Under the pieces are notes generated by a model. That model saw only the letters and a list, made by a program, of their open reading frames with translations. It did not search any database and was not told the origin of the DNA. Positions 7,828 through 18,807 of a stretch of 64,000 nt of DNA are shown in pieces. The position numbers were made by a program, and so were the translations under genes. Source of the DNA: an uncultured Trueperaceae bacterium (lineage in GTDB: Bacteria; Deinococcota; Deinococci; Deinococcales; Trueperaceae). Location: positions 168,124-232,123 of the forward strand of contig CAVSGP010000006.1 in NCBI GenBank assembly GCA_963727505.1. The letters run 5' to 3'. Position 1 is the first letter of the stretch. Each line of letters begins with the position of its first letter.

Positions 7828-8706
7828 ATGGCAAGAATAGGATTCGTGGGCCTCGGGGTGATGGGCGGCCGCGTGGCCAAGCGACTGCTGGACGCGGGGC
7901 ACACCGTCACGGGTTACAACCGTACGCGTTCGAAGGCGCGCTGGCTGGAGGACGCCGGCGTGGCCTGGGGCGACACTCCCCGGGCGGTCGCCGAGGCATC
8001 CGACGTCGTGTTCACCATGGTGACCAACACGACCGCCCTGGAGGCCGTGACACAGGGCGAGGACGGCGTGCTCGCTGGGCTCGCTCCGGGCAAGATCTAC
8101 ATCGACATGAGCACGGTCAGCCCGGCCTATAGCCAGGGACTCGCCGCGCAGGTCAAGGAGCGTGGCGCCACCATGCTCGACGCGCCGGTGTCCGGCAGCG
8201 TGGAGACGCTCGAGCAGGGCAAGCTCACCTTCATGGTGGGCGGCGAGCGCAGCGACTTCGAGAAGGTAGAGCCCATCCTGCTGGACGTGGGCCCGAAGGC
8301 GACCCACGTCGGCGCCAACGGCCTGGCGGTCACCATGAAGATCGCCACCAACCTGAGCCTGGCCGTGCAGATGCTGGCCTTCAGCGAGGGCCTGTTGCTG
8401 GCCGAGCGTAGCGGGATCAAGCGGGAGACGGCCGCCGAGGTGCTGCTCAACAGCGTCATCGCGTCCCCGATGGTCAAGTACCGCGGCCCCTTCGTCCTCC
8501 AGATGCCGGAGGAGGCCTGGTTCGACGTCAACATGATGCAGAAGGACATGAACCTCGCCCTCGAGCTGGGCCAGGAGGTCAACGTGATGCTCCCCACCAC
8601 GGCCGCGACCAACGAACTGCTGACCGCCGCCCGCGGGCTGGGGCTCGACAAGCAGGACTTCGCCATCGTCTTCGAGGTGCTCGCGCGCCTCTCCGGGGGG
8701 AGCTGA
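7828..8706 (+). CDS. Beta-hydroxyacid dehydrogenase family NAD(P)-dependent oxidoreductase (3-hydroxyisobutyrate dehydrogenase-like)
   Basis: GFVGLGVMG, YNRT, DAPVSG, catalytic Lys in MKIATN, MQKDM; GGAGGAG RBS. Confidence 0.92.
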   Translation: MARIGFVGLGVMGGRVAKRLLDAGHTVTGYNRTRSKARWLEDAGVAWGDTPRAVAEASDVVFTMVTNTTALEAVTQGEDGVLAGLAPGKIYIDMSTVSPAYSQGLAAQVKERGATMLDAPVSGSVETLEQGKLTFMVGGERSDFEKVEPILLDVGPKATHVGANGLAVTMKIATNLSLAVQMLAFSEGLLLAERSGIKRETAAEVLLNSVIASPMVKYRGPFVLQMPEEAWFDVNMMQKDMNLALELGQEVNVMLPTTAATNELLTAARGLGLDKQDFAIVFEVLARLSGGS

Positions 8707-8710
8707 GTCG

Positions 8711-10201
8711 ATGGCCGCCGAGAGGCTGCGCCGCGATTCGGGAGAACGCCGGGAAGCCGCCGCCGGGGGGCAACCCAGGCTGGGCGAGTTCGGTTGCTAC
8801 GTCGCCGGCCAGTGGGTGCGTACCGGCGACCGGCTGGAGGTGCTCAGCCCCTTCGACGGCAGCCTGGCGGCCGTGGTGCACCGGGCCGGCCCGGAGCAGA
8901 TCGAGGCGGCCATCGCGCAGGCCACGGCGGCGTTCGAGACTACCCGGCACATGCCGGTGTGGAAGCGCTCGGAGGCGCTGGAGGCGATCAGCGCCGGTAT
9001 CCGGGAGCGCCGCGAGGACCTCGCGCAGACCATCGCCCTGGAGGCCGGCAAGCCGGTCGCGGCGGCGCGTGGCGAGGTCGACCGGGCGGTGTTCACCTTC
9101 AAGGTCGCGGCCGAGGAGGCCAAGCGCATCTACGGTGAGATCGTGCCGCTCGACTGGATCCCCGGTCTGGAGGGACGCGAGGCACAGGTACGCCATGTCC
9201 CGCTGGGCCCGGTGGCGGGCATCAGCCCCTTCAACTACCCGCTGAACCTGGTGGCGCACAAGGTCGCGCCGGCGCTGGCCGCCGGTGACGCCATCGTGCT
9301 GCGCCCCGCCAGCCAGACGCCGCTGAGCGCGCTGAAGCTCGCCGACATCGTGCAGGGATCCGGTTTCCCGGACGGCGCCTTCAGCGTCGTGCCCAGCCGC
9401 ACGGCCGACGCCGCGCCGCTCGTCGAGGACGAGCGTATCCGGCTGCTGACGTTCACGGGCAGCCCCGCGGTGGGCTGGTCGCTCAAGAGCCGGGCCGGAC
9501 GCAAGCGCGTCACGCTGGAGCTCGGCGGGAACGCCGGCGTCATCGTGCACGCCGATGCCGACGTGGCGTACGCAGCGGAGCGCGTGGTCTGGGGAGGGTT
9601 CCAGTACTCGGGCCAGTCGTGCGTATCGGTGCAGCGCGTGTACGTGCACGAGGACGTATACGACGCATTCCGGGACGCGCTCGTGCCGCAGGTGGAAGCG
9701 TTGAAGCTGGGCGACCCCCTCGACGAGGCGACCGACGTCGGCCCCGTCATCGATGCCGACGCCGCCGAGCGGATCGAGGCGTGGGTGCGTGAGGCCACCG
9801 AGGGCGGCGCCCGCCTGCTCGCCGGTGGTGCCCGCCAGGGCAATCTGTGGCCGCCGACGGTGCTGGAGGACGTCACGCCGGCGATGAAGGTATGCAACCA
9901 GGAGGTCTTCGCGCCCATGATCGGGCTGTACCGCTACGCCGACGTGCACGAGGCGATCGACGCCGTCGACGCCAGCGACTTCGGCTTGCAGGCGGGTCTG
10001 TTCACCAACGACTGGCGCGTCATCCGCGAGGCCTTCGACCGCATCGAGGTGGGCGGCCTGAACATCAACGACGTATCGACGTTCCGCGTCGACCACATGC
10101 CCTATGGCGGCGTCAAGCAGTCCGGGGCGGGGCGCGAGGGACTGCGCTACGCCATCCAGGAGATGAGCGAGATGAAGCTTCTGACGCTCAATCCCAGGTA
10201 G
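8711..10201 (+). CDS. Aldehyde dehydrogenase
   Basis: ISPFNYP, FTGS, LELGGN, GQSCVS (catalytic Cys), EVFAP, PYGGVKQSG. Confidence 0.95.
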   Translation: MAAERLRRDSGERREAAAGGQPRLGEFGCYVAGQWVRTGDRLEVLSPFDGSLAAVVHRAGPEQIEAAIAQATAAFETTRHMPVWKRSEALEAISAGIRERREDLAQTIALEAGKPVAAARGEVDRAVFTFKVAAEEAKRIYGEIVPLDWIPGLEGREAQVRHVPLGPVAGISPFNYPLNLVAHKVAPALAAGDAIVLRPASQTPLSALKLADIVQGSGFPDGAFSVVPSRTADAAPLVEDERIRLLTFTGSPAVGWSLKSRAGRKRVTLELGGNAGVIVHADADVAYAAERVVWGGFQYSGQSCVSVQRVYVHEDVYDAFRDALVPQVEALKLGDPLDEATDVGPVIDADAAERIEAWVREATEGGARLLAGGARQGNLWPPTVLEDVTPAMKVCNQEVFAPMIGLYRYADVHEAIDAVDASDFGLQAGLFTNDWRVIREAFDRIEVGGLNINDVSTFRVDHMPYGGVKQSGAGREGLRYAIQEMSEMKLLTLNPR

Positions 10202-10356
10202 CTGGGGTCGAGCCGATCGTGCTAGGCCCAATCCTGGAGGGAGGTGAGCGGATTCTCCTGACCCATCAGCATGTGGAGGGGCACGGAGCACGGATAGGAC
10301 GCGTACTCCTGTTCGACATCGACGAAGGAAGACCGGAAGACGTAGGAGGTTGAGAG

Positions 10357-11547
10357 ATGTTCAAGAGATTCGTACTCGTGGTCGCGGCTGCGCTGTTCGC
10401 CGTGACGGGCTTGGCGATGGCCCAAGGTCCCATCAAGATCGGGATCTCGCTTCCCCTGACCGGTATGTTCTCGCAACCGGGCGGAGCTGCCCAGAAGGGG
10501 TACCAGGTCTGGGCCAAGATCGTGAACGACAACGGTGGCCTCCTCGGTCGCCAGGTGCAGCTCGACATCAAGGACGACGCCAGCGACCAGAACACCATCG
10601 TTTCGGACTACAACCGTCTGATCACACAGGACAAGGTCGACCTCGTGCTCGGCACGTTCTCGTCGCTGCTGAATCTGCCCGCGTCGGCGGTGGCCGAGAA
10701 GTATCGCATGCTCTACGTCGAACCGGCCGGCGGCGCGCCGAAGATGTTCGACCGCGGCTTCCAGTACCTGTTCTTCGCGCAGCAGGCAACGGCCAACCAC
10801 CAGGGTGACCAGTTCGTGAAGTGGGTGTTGTCGCTGCCGGCGGACCAGCGGCCCAAGACGGCGGCCTACCCCACGCAGGACGATCCGTTCACCAAGCCCG
10901 TGATCGAAGGCATCCGCACGCAGCTCGAAGCTGCGGGCATCAAGACCGTCTACCAGACCACATATCCGCCCGATACCTCGAACTTCGACACCATCGCCAG
11001 CGCCATCAAGAACAGCGGCGCCGAGCTGGTTGCCGAAGGCGCCGTCTTCCAGGACGGCGTGAGCATCATCCGCTCGTTCCAGAAGCTGGGGTACAGCCCC
11101 AAGGTGTTGTTCGAGACCTCGGCGCCCTCCGAGAGCGAGCAGTTCTCCAGCGGCATCGGGATGGCCAACACCGAGGGCATCTTCTACGCCGTGAGCTGGA
11201 ATGCGCAGCTCCCCACCAACATGAACAAGAAGTTCGTCGACACCTATCAACAGATGTTCGGCGCTGGGCAGATCCCGGCCGAGGACGCGGCCGACGCCTT
11301 CGCCACGGCGCAGGTGATGCAGAAGGCGGTCGAGGCCGTGGGATCGCTGGATCAGGCCAAGCTCAAGGACTGGCTGCACGCCAACAGTGTCGACACGATT
11401 CTCGGCAACCTCTCCTGGGACGAGACCGGCGCGCCGCAATCGGCGTTCCTGCTGGCGCAGTGGCAGAAGGGCAAGGCGGAGATCGTGTTGCCGCGTGACG
11501 TCGCCACCTCGCCGACGATCACCTTCCCGAAGCCTGGATGGCAGTAA
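10357..11547 (+). CDS. Liv/HAAT-family ABC transporter substrate-binding protein
   Basis: Signal peptide; IKIGISLPLTG; GGLLGRQVQL; followed by LivH/M/G/F homologs. Confidence 0.93.
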   Translation: MFKRFVLVVAAALFAVTGLAMAQGPIKIGISLPLTGMFSQPGGAAQKGYQVWAKIVNDNGGLLGRQVQLDIKDDASDQNTIVSDYNRLITQDKVDLVLGTFSSLLNLPASAVAEKYRMLYVEPAGGAPKMFDRGFQYLFFAQQATANHQGDQFVKWVLSLPADQRPKTAAYPTQDDPFTKPVIEGIRTQLEAAGIKTVYQTTYPPDTSNFDTIASAIKNSGAELVAEGAVFQDGVSIIRSFQKLGYSPKVLFETSAPSESEQFSSGIGMANTEGIFYAVSWNAQLPTNMNKKFVDTYQQMFGAGQIPAEDAADAFATAQVMQKAVEAVGSLDQAKLKDWLHANSVDTILGNLSWDETGAPQSAFLLAQWQKGKAEIVLPRDVATSPTITFPKPGWQ

Positions 11548-11564
11548 GCCCCACCTCGAGGCGT

Positions 11565-11594
11565 GGGCGGGACCCCTTCCGGGGGGTCCCGCCC
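11565..11594 (+). terminator. Stem-loop after the binding-protein gene (partial terminator or mRNA stabiliser)
   Basis: GGGCGGGACCCC ... GGGGTCCCGCCC, 12-bp stem. Confidence 0.55.
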
Positions 11595-11662
11595 CGCCCT
11601 AGAGTTCTCCCGGCGCTCGGCGCCGGCATCCGCGCGCCGACCTCCGGCCGTCGAGGAGACGC

Positions 11663-12544
11663 ATGACACTGTTGGTCCAGACGATCCTCCTGGGGCTGCT
11701 CATCGGGGGGGTCTACGCCCTGTTCGCGTCCGGTCTCACCCTGGTGTTCGGGGTGATGGGAATTGTCAACGTCGCGCATCCGGCGTTCCTGGTGCTCGCC
11801 GGATTGTTCACCTACGAGCTGTGGTCGCGCCTCGGCATCGATCCGTTGCTGCTCACCGTGGTCACGACCCCGTTGATGTTCGCTCTGGGCTGGTTGGTCT
11901 ACAAGGGGCTCATCGCGAGGGTGCGCTCTGGACCGGTCTCGATGTCGGTGGTGTTGACCTTCGGCCTGGCCATCGCGCTCGAAGGCGCCATGGGCATGAC
12001 GTGGGGGAACCGCTTCTTTTCCGTCACGCCCCCCTATTTCAACCAATCGTTCCACCTCGGGGTGCTGGTGCTACCCAAGGCCCAGGTCTTCGGCTGCATC
12101 GCTTCCGTGGTGGTCCTGTTGCTGCTCTATCTGTTGCTGACGCGCACCTGGGTCGGACGGGCGATCCGCAGCGCTTCGGAGAACCCGGAAGGCGCCCATC
12201 TCGTTGGCATCGACATCGGCACGGTGGCCGCCCTGACGTTCGCCATAGGCGCCGCCACGGCCGGCGTGGGCGGGTCCGTGATGGCCATCATGTACCCGAT
12301 CTTCCCGGCCTCCCAGTACGTGTGGATCTCCCGCACCCTCGGCATCATCGTGCTGGGTGGCATGGGGAGCCTTCCCGGCGCCGTGGTGGGGGCGCTGATC
12401 CTGGGCGCCGCCGAGACCCTGACGGCCACCTACATCTCCACGCAGTGGGCGGTGGTGGTCTTCTACCTCGTCATCCTGGTGGTGCTCATGGTGCGGCCGG
12501 AGGGATTGATGGGCGCCCGGGTCCGGAAGGACGTGGTGGCATGA
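11663..12544 (+). CDS. livH: Liv-type ABC permease (LivH-like)
   Basis: GLTLVFGVMGIVNVAH; GRAIRS; VLGGMGSLPGA. Confidence 0.92.
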   Translation: MTLLVQTILLGLLIGGVYALFASGLTLVFGVMGIVNVAHPAFLVLAGLFTYELWSRLGIDPLLLTVVTTPLMFALGWLVYKGLIARVRSGPVSMSVVLTFGLAIALEGAMGMTWGNRFFSVTPPYFNQSFHLGVLVLPKAQVFGCIASVVVLLLLYLLLTRTWVGRAIRSASENPEGAHLVGIDIGTVAALTFAIGAATAGVGGSVMAIMYPIFPASQYVWISRTLGIIVLGGMGSLPGAVVGALILGAAETLTATYISTQWAVVVFYLVILVVLMVRPEGLMGARVRKDVVA

Positions 12545-14400
12545 CCGGCTCCCCGAAGCCGGCGGCGGCACGCCGATCCGTCCTCACCTGGCGTAACGCG
12601 CTGTTTGCGGTGGCGGGTCTGGCCCTCGTCGCCTACCCGCTGGTGCGGCCAGGCGATCAGTACCAGCAGACCGTGCTCATCCTCATCTTCTTGCTCGGTG
12701 TGATGGCGACGGGCTGGAACGTCATCGCCGGCTTCACCGGCTACGTGTCGCTGGGGCAGAGCGCCTTCCTGGGGCTGGGCGCATATACCGTCGGACTGCT
12801 GACGCGCGTCGTGCATGTCTCGCCGTTCCTCCTGGCGCCGCTCGGCGGCATCGTGGCGGCGCTGGTGGCGGCGCTGCTCGGCTCGACCATCATGCGCACC
12901 CGCGAACACGCCTACGTCATCATCACCATCGCCTTCCTGTTCCTCATGCAGGCCATCGGTCTGAACGCCCCCGGGTTCACCGGCGGTTCCGATGGCATCA
13001 CGCTTCCGCTCCCCCCATGGGGGCTCGGCATCGGCAACATGCCGTTCTACTACGCACTGTTCGGCCTCATGCTGCTGTCGGTCCTGATGACGTGGTGGAT
13101 CCGCCGTACCAAGTTCGGCATGGGGCTTGTGGCGATCCGTGAGGACGAGGACAAGGCGGCGGCCATCGGCGTGCGGACCAGCGTCTACAAGATCCTGGCC
13201 ACCATCGCCAGCGGCGTGCTCATCGGCGTGGCCGGCGGCGTGTACGCCTACTTCCTGACGTTCATCGATCCGCGAGGCATGTTCGCGATCCTGGTCAGCG
13301 TACAGATCGTCCTCGCGACCCTCATCGGGGGTTTGGGGAGCATCTGGGGGCCGGTCCTGGGCGCGTTCCTGGTGGTGCCCATGAACGAGGTCACCAACGG
13401 CATCGTGGCCGCTCAGGGTGTCCACCTGTTCGTGTTCGGGCTGGTGCTCATGGCGGTCGTGATGTTCCTGCCGCGGGGACTCCTCCCCACCGTGCGCGGC
13501 TGGGTGGATCGCCGACGTGGCACCACTGTCGCGTTCGAACGCAGGCAGAGCGTGCCGAAGGTGGTGGAGCTGAGCGCCCCACCGGCGGCCGCCGCGCAGG
13601 GTCGATGGGCCGGTCGCAGCGACCGCACCCGTCCGCTGCTCGAGATCGATGGGTTGGTGAAGCGCTTCGGTGGCATCACCGCCGTGGACGACTGCTCGTT
13701 CAGCGTCGCCGAGGGCAGCCTGACCGGCCTCATCGGCCCCAACGGGTCGGGCAAGACCACGGTGTTCAACCTCGTCAGCGGGATGATGCGCGCCAACGAG
13801 GGCTCCATCCGGCTGGACGGCGAGCGGATCGATGCGCTGCAACCCTGGGACCGGGCGTACCGCGGGCTGGGGCGCACCTTCCAGAGCACCCGGCTCTTCC
13901 CCAAGCTGACCGTGATGGAGAACGTGGTGGCGCCGCTGAAGAGCTTCCAGTGGAACCTGCTGCCGGCCGACGCCGTCAGCGGACCCGAGGCCCGGCGGGG
14001 GATGGAGCTGCTCGACTTCGTGGGGCTGGCGGACTTCGGGCAGCAGCCCGCGTGGCAGCTCTCCTTCGGGCAGAAGAAGCTGGTCGAGCTGGCGCAGCTC
14101 CTCATGCTCGAGCCCCGCCTGATCCTGCTCGACGAGCCGGCAGGCGGCATCAACCCCGGCCTGATCGAGCGCATCTCCGACACCATCCGTGCGCTCAACA
14201 AGCAGGGCCTCACCTTCGTGATCGTGGAGCACAACATGCCGATGGTCCTCGACCTGTGCGATTCGATGCTGGTGATGGCGCGCGGCAGCGTCATCGCGAA
14301 GGGGAGCCCCGACGAGATCCAGAGCAACCCAGTAGTGCTCGACGCCTACCTGGGCGAGGACTGGAACCGCGAGGCCGAGCTCGAGGAGGCGAGGGCCTGA
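12541..14400 (+). CDS. Fused LivM-like permease and LivG-like ATPase
   Basis: [15 protein letters not shown] and AIREDE in the permease part, then Walker [16 protein letters not shown] and LLDEP in the same frame; ATG overlaps the livH stop. Confidence 0.9.
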   Translation: MTGSPKPAAARRSVLTWRNALFAVAGLALVAYPLVRPGDQYQQTVLILIFLLGVMATGWNVIAGFTGYVSLGQSAFLGLGAYTVGLLTRVVHVSPFLLAPLGGIVAALVAALLGSTIMRTREHAYVIITIAFLFLMQAIGLNAPGFTGGSDGITLPLPPWGLGIGNMPFYYALFGLMLLSVLMTWWIRRTKFGMGLVAIREDEDKAAAIGVRTSVYKILATIASGVLIGVAGGVYAYFLTFIDPRGMFAILVSVQIVLATLIGGLGSIWGPVLGAFLVVPMNEVTNGIVAAQGVHLFVFGLVLMAVVMFLPRGLLPTVRGWVDRRRGTTVAFERRQSVPKVVELSAPPAAAAQGRWAGRSDRTRPLLEIDGLVKRFGGITAVDDCSFSVAEGSLTGLIGPNGSGKTTVFNLVSGMMRANEGSIRLDGERIDALQPWDRAYRGLGRTFQSTRLFPKLTVMENVVAPLKSFQWNLLPADAVSGPEARRGMELLDFVGLADFGQQPAWQLSFGQKKLVELAQLLMLEPRLILLDEPAGGINPGLIERISDTIRALNKQGLTFVIVEHNMPMVLDLCDSMLVMARGSVIAKGSPDEIQSNPVVLDAYLGEDWNREAELEEARA

Positions 14401-15134
14401 TGGCGGCCGTTCTCGAGATGACGGGCGTGGTGTCGGGCTACAACGGGGCTCGTGTCCTGCAGGGCGTCGATCTGGCGATCGAGTCCGGCGCCATCACCTG
14501 CGTGGTGGGTCCGAACGGCGCGGGCAAGTCGACGCTGCTCAAGACGGTGAGCGGCGTGTGCCGCGTGATCGAGGGGTCGATCCGCCTCAACGGCTCGGAG
14601 TCGCTCGCGACCCTGTCGCCCAGCCAGATCCTGGCACGCGGGGTGGTGCAGGTGCCGCAGCAGAACGCCCTGTTCCCCAGCCTCACGGTCAAGGACAACG
14701 TGCTGATGGGCGCCTACATCCTGCGAGGCAAGCCGGGGCTGGTACGCAAGCGCTACCGGGAGGTCGAGGATCTCATCCCGCTGGTGCACGACCGCGCCTC
14801 GGACAAGGCGGGCAACCTGTCGGGCGGGCAGCGGCGCGCCGTCGAGTTCGCGCGCAGCCTCATGCTCGATCCCAGCCTGGTGCTGCTCGACGAGCCCTCG
14901 CTGGGCTTGGACCGAAAGAGCCTGAAACAGGTGTGGGACCTCATCGCCGGGATGCGCGACCGCGGCCGCACCATCCTGTTGGTGGAGCAGAACGTCCGGC
15001 TGGGCCTGGGTTCGGCCGATTACGGGGTGGTGCTGGAGGGCGGGCGCGTGCGCCTCGAGGGCCCGGCCCGGGAGGTCCTCGAACATCCCGAGATCGCCGA
15101 TCTCTACCTCGGCGGCACCGTCCGGGATGCCTGA
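14400..15134 (+). CDS. livF: Liv-type ABC ATPase (LivF-like)
   Basis: [29 protein letters not shown]. Confidence 0.93.
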   Translation: MAAVLEMTGVVSGYNGARVLQGVDLAIESGAITCVVGPNGAGKSTLLKTVSGVCRVIEGSIRLNGSESLATLSPSQILARGVVQVPQQNALFPSLTVKDNVLMGAYILRGKPGLVRKRYREVEDLIPLVHDRASDKAGNLSGGQRRAVEFARSLMLDPSLVLLDEPSLGLDRKSLKQVWDLIAGMRDRGRTILLVEQNVRLGLGSADYGVVLEGGRVRLEGPAREVLEHPEIADLYLGGTVRDA

Positions 15135-15227
15135 GCGCGGGAAGCGGGTACGTCGCCCCCGCCGGAGCGGCCGGCGACGCCGCCCGCGGCGCCCCTCCGC
15201 CGCGGGGATGCGGCCCCCTCTCCGGAG

Positions 15228-16181
15228 GTGGGTGCGGTGACGGGCGTGCTGTGGGCGGCCGTGGCAGGTGTTGCCTACGGCGTGTTCCAGGCCGTGAACC
15301 GCGGCACGCTCGTCGACATGGACGTGCTGGAGTCCACCTTCCTCCAGCTCCTGGTGAGCTCGTTGGTGCTGGTGGTGCTGGTGCTCGGGCTGCGCGGCGT
15401 GACGCTGGGGCAGATCCCGGCCGCCGCCGTGCTGTACTTCGGCCTGGCGGGCCTCGTCCACTTCGTGGGCGGCTGGACGCTCCTGAACCGCAGCCAGAAG
15501 CTGCTGGGGGCGGCCCGCACCAGCCCGCTGCTGGCGTCGGTGCCGCTCTTCGGCACGGCCCTGGCGCTCGTCGTCCTGCGCGAGGTTCCGAGCCTGGCGG
15601 CCGTGGCGGGCATGACCACCATCGTCGCGGGCGTCTACGTGGTGCAGCTCGACCGGGCGCGCCGCTTGGCGCGTGCGGCCGCGGCCGCCGGGTCGGCCGG
15701 CGCCGACGGGTCGACCGGTGGCTGGAGGCGGGCGCTGGCGTCGTCGCGCTTCGGGCTCGGCGCGGCTCTGTGCTGGTCGATCAGCCCGCTGTTCATCCGG
15801 CGCGGGCTGGACGCCATGGACGCGCCCATGGTGGGGGTCACGCTCGGGTTGCTCGCCGCAACGCTGGCCTACGGGGGGATCCTCGCCGTCCGCCGCCGCG
15901 CCCCGTGGCGCGGCGTGCCGGCGCGGGCCATGAGCTGGAAGATCGTCGCCGGCGTACTGGTGGGGTTCGCGACCTGGACCCGCTGGTACGCCCTGTCGCT
16001 CAACCCCGTTACGGTGGTGCTCAGCCTCGGCCTGCTCTCCGTGCCCACCGTCATCGCCCTGGCCCCGCTGCTGGCGGGCCGCCACCTGGAGCAGGTGACC
16101 CGCGCCGTGGTGCTGGGCTCGGCGCTGGTCGTGGTGGGTGCGCTGGTGCTGGTCGCCCCCGGCGTGAGGAGTTCGATGTGA
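15228..16181 (+). CDS. DMT/EamA family transporter
   Basis: About 10 hydrophobic segments in two repeats; GAARTSPL motif. Confidence 0.85.
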   Translation: MGAVTGVLWAAVAGVAYGVFQAVNRGTLVDMDVLESTFLQLLVSSLVLVVLVLGLRGVTLGQIPAAAVLYFGLAGLVHFVGGWTLLNRSQKLLGAARTSPLLASVPLFGTALALVVLREVPSLAAVAGMTTIVAGVYVVQLDRARRLARAAAAAGSAGADGSTGGWRRALASSRFGLGAALCWSISPLFIRRGLDAMDAPMVGVTLGLLAATLAYGGILAVRRRAPWRGVPARAMSWKIVAGVLVGFATWTRWYALSLNPVTVVLSLGLLSVPTVIALAPLLAGRHLEQVTRAVVLGSALVVVGALVLVAPGVRSSM

Positions 16182-17186
16182 ACGTAGACGTCCATTGCCA
16201 CGCCATCGTCCCTGAGATGCTGCGAGGGGCGGGTGGCGACGAGCCCTGGCGACCGTCGGTCACGTGGGAGGACGGCGCGCAGGTGGTGGCCTACCGCGGC
16301 AAGAGGATCCGTTCCGCCGTCCGTGAGTTCGTACGGGTCGATCAGATGCTGGAGGAGGCGGCAAGCGAAGGCGTCGACCACGTGGTGCTCTCGCCGTGGG
16401 TCAACTTGCTCCCCTTCGAGCCTCGCGGTGGACGAAGCGCTGGCGGTATGCGGGCTGCAGAACGAGGCGCTGTCCCGCGCGGCCCGGGCCCATCCGGGGC
16501 GGGTGAGCGGGCTCGGCGCCGTGCCGCTGCAGGACCCGGAACGCGCCGCCGAAGAGCTGGAGCGCGTCATGGGCCTGCCGGGGATGCTCGGCGTCGAGAC
16601 CAGCGCCAGCGTGCAGGGCGCCTACCTCGGCGACGACCGCTTCCTGCCCTTCTGGGAGGCCGCCGAGCGCCTCGGAGCGCTGGTGTTCGTCCATCCGACC
16701 ACCAAGGGCTTCGGGCTGCCGGTGTTCGAGGACTACTACATGTGGAACACCGTCGCCAACCCCATGGAGACCGCGGTCACCGCCGCGCACATGGTGATGG
16801 CGGGCGTGATGGAACGCCATCCGGAGCTCCGGGTGCTGCTCGCACACGGCGGCGGAGCGCTGCTGGCGCTGCGTGGCCGGCTGCGCCACGCGGCCTCCTT
16901 CCAACCGCAGGCGCGAGCGCGACTCGAGGGCTCCTTCGACGACTCGCTCCGGCGCTTCTATTACGACACCGTCACCTTCGACGGCGAGCTGCTCCGTTCG
17001 CTCGTCGATTACGTCGGTCCCGAGCGCGTGCTGCTCGGGACCGACCGGCCCTTCGACATGGGCACCGCCCGGTCGGTCGAAGAGGTGCGTGCCCTGCAGC
17101 TTCCCGAAGCGCAGGAGCGGGAGCTGCTGGGCGGCAACGCCGAGCGCCTGTTCGGACTGTCGGCCACCGTCACGGCAGGGCGATGA
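16178..17186 (+). CDS. Amidohydrolase-2 family protein (ACMSD/aromatic decarboxylase-like); one-base frameshift near 16421
   Basis: N-terminal DVHCH metal motif in one frame; VHP, AHGGG, YYDT and GTDRPFD in another. Removing one C at TTCGAGCCTCGCG joins them. Confidence 0.85.
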
Positions 17187-17226
17187 GCGTGCGAGTCCAT
17201 CGCTCCATGACGCGGAGGGTGCCGGC

Positions 17227-18807
17227 ATGAGCGAGGCTTTCGACGTCGTCGTCGCCGGGGCCGGGCATAACAGTCTGGTCACGGCGGCCTACCTCGCCAA
17301 GGCGGGGTTCCGATGCCTGGTGCTGGAGTCGCGTCACGAGGTAGGGGGCGACACCAACACCGAGGCACTCACCCTGCCCGGCTTCCGCCACGACGCCTGC
17401 TCGACGGCGCACACGTTGCTGCAGAGCAGCCCGCTGCTGCGTGACGACGAGCTGGACCTCGAGCGCTACGGGCTCACCTACCTCCACCCCGACCCGGTGG
17501 TGCACGTTCCCTTCCCGGACGGCACCTCGATCACGCAGTGGCGCGACCCGGAACGCACGGCCGCGGAGCTGGCGCGCTTCTCCGAGCGCGACGCGGCCGC
17601 CTACCTGCGGGCGCTGGCCGAGTACGAGGAGGTGGCCCCGTTGTTCGGGCGCCACCGCTACACCCCCATCGGCTGGGGGCCGTCGCTGGCCGAACGGCTG
17701 GCCGAGCACCCGCACGGCAACCGCTGGCTGCGACGCCAGGCCATGAGCGCCTGGGACATCATCGAGGACACCTACGAGAGCGAACGGGTCCGTGCGTTCA
17801 TGCTGTGGATGGCCTTCATGACGATGCAGCCGCCCGAACGGCCCGGCACCGGCCGGCTGGCGTACTCCCTGATCTACGGCCGTCAGAAGCACAGCTGGAC
17901 CCTTCCCAGGGGCGGCTCGGGCTCGCTGCCCGCGGCGCTGGCGCGGCTCATCGAGGATCGGGGCGGGGTCATCCTGACCGACCGTCGAGTGCGCCGGCTG
18001 CTGCTCGAGCACGGGCGCTGCATCGGCGTTCAGACCGAGGACGGCGAGGAGCACCGCGCGACGAGGGCCGTGCTCTCGACCATCCACATCAAGCACCTGG
18101 TCGGCATGGCTCCGGCCGCGGCCTGGGGCGAGGACTTCCTCTACGGCGTGCGCACCTGGAAGGCGGGGGTGTCGATGTTCGTCACCCACTACGCCACCAC
18201 CGAGCCGCCGCAGTTCGCGGTGGAGGGCGGCACCCTGACCGCCTCGGCCAGCGGTACGCCGGGCTCGGTGGCGCGCATGCTGCGCGTCGCGCCCGAGTTC
18301 CGCCGCGGCACCGTGGCCGACGACGACCCCGTGCTGCTGGTGCTGTGCCAGACCGTAGCCGACCCCTCGCGCGCGCCGGAAGGCAGGCACACCCTGAAGG
18401 TGGTCGGGTTCCAGCCCTACGAGCTCGCCGAGGGCGCCGAACGCTGGGACGCCCTCGAGGAGGAGGTGTCGGAGGCCAACCTGGCACAGCTCCGGCGCTA
18501 CGCCCCCAACCTCACCGAGGACACCATCCTCGCACGGGTGATCGAGAGCCCGCTGGGGCTGGAGCGCTTCAACGAGCACAACTGGCACGGCTCCTGCCAC
18601 GGCGGCGACGCCTCGCCGGCGCAGTCCGGCGCGCTGCGCCCCGCGCCCGGCTGGGCGGACCACCGTACGCCGATCGAGGGGCTCTACCAGACCGGCGCCA
18701 CCACGCATCCCGGAGGGTCGGTGTCCGCCGGGCCGGGTCGCAACGCGGCCATGGTCATGCTCCGGGATCTAGGAACCAGTCTCGAGGAGGTCGTGCAGCG
18801 TGCCTGA
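17227..18807 (+). CDS. Phytoene-desaturase-like FAD-dependent oxidoreductase
   Basis: VVAGAGHNSLVTAAYLAKAG dinucleotide fold; LTLPGFRHD; RTPIEGLYQTGATTHPGGSV. Confidence 0.9.
   Translation: MSEAFDVVVAGAGHNSLVTAAYLAKAGFRCLVLESRHEVGGDTNTEALTLPGFRHDACSTAHTLLQSSPLLRDDELDLERYGLTYLHPDPVVHVPFPDGTSITQWRDPERTAAELARFSERDAAAYLRALAEYEEVAPLFGRHRYTPIGWGPSLAERLAEHPHGNRWLRRQAMSAWDIIEDTYESERVRAFMLWMAFMTMQPPERPGTGRLAYSLIYGRQKHSWTLPRGGSGSLPAALARLIEDRGGVILTDRRVRRLLLEHGRCIGVQTEDGEEHRATRAVLSTIHIKHLVGMAPAAAWGEDFLYGVRTWKAGVSMFVTHYATTEPPQFAVEGGTLTASASGTPGSVARMLRVAPEFRRGTVADDDPVLLVLCQTVADPSRAPEGRHTLKVVGFQPYELAEGAERWDALEEEVSEANLAQLRRYAPNLTEDTILARVIESPLGLERFNEHNWHGSCHGGDASPAQSGALRPAPGWADHRTPIEGLYQTGATTHPGGSVSAGPGRNAAMVMLRDLGTSLEEVVQRA

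Noticed and set aside
17227..18807. Calling this gene crtI (carotenoid synthesis)
   Set aside because: No crtB or crtE nearby and the context is catabolic; only the family fold is supported.
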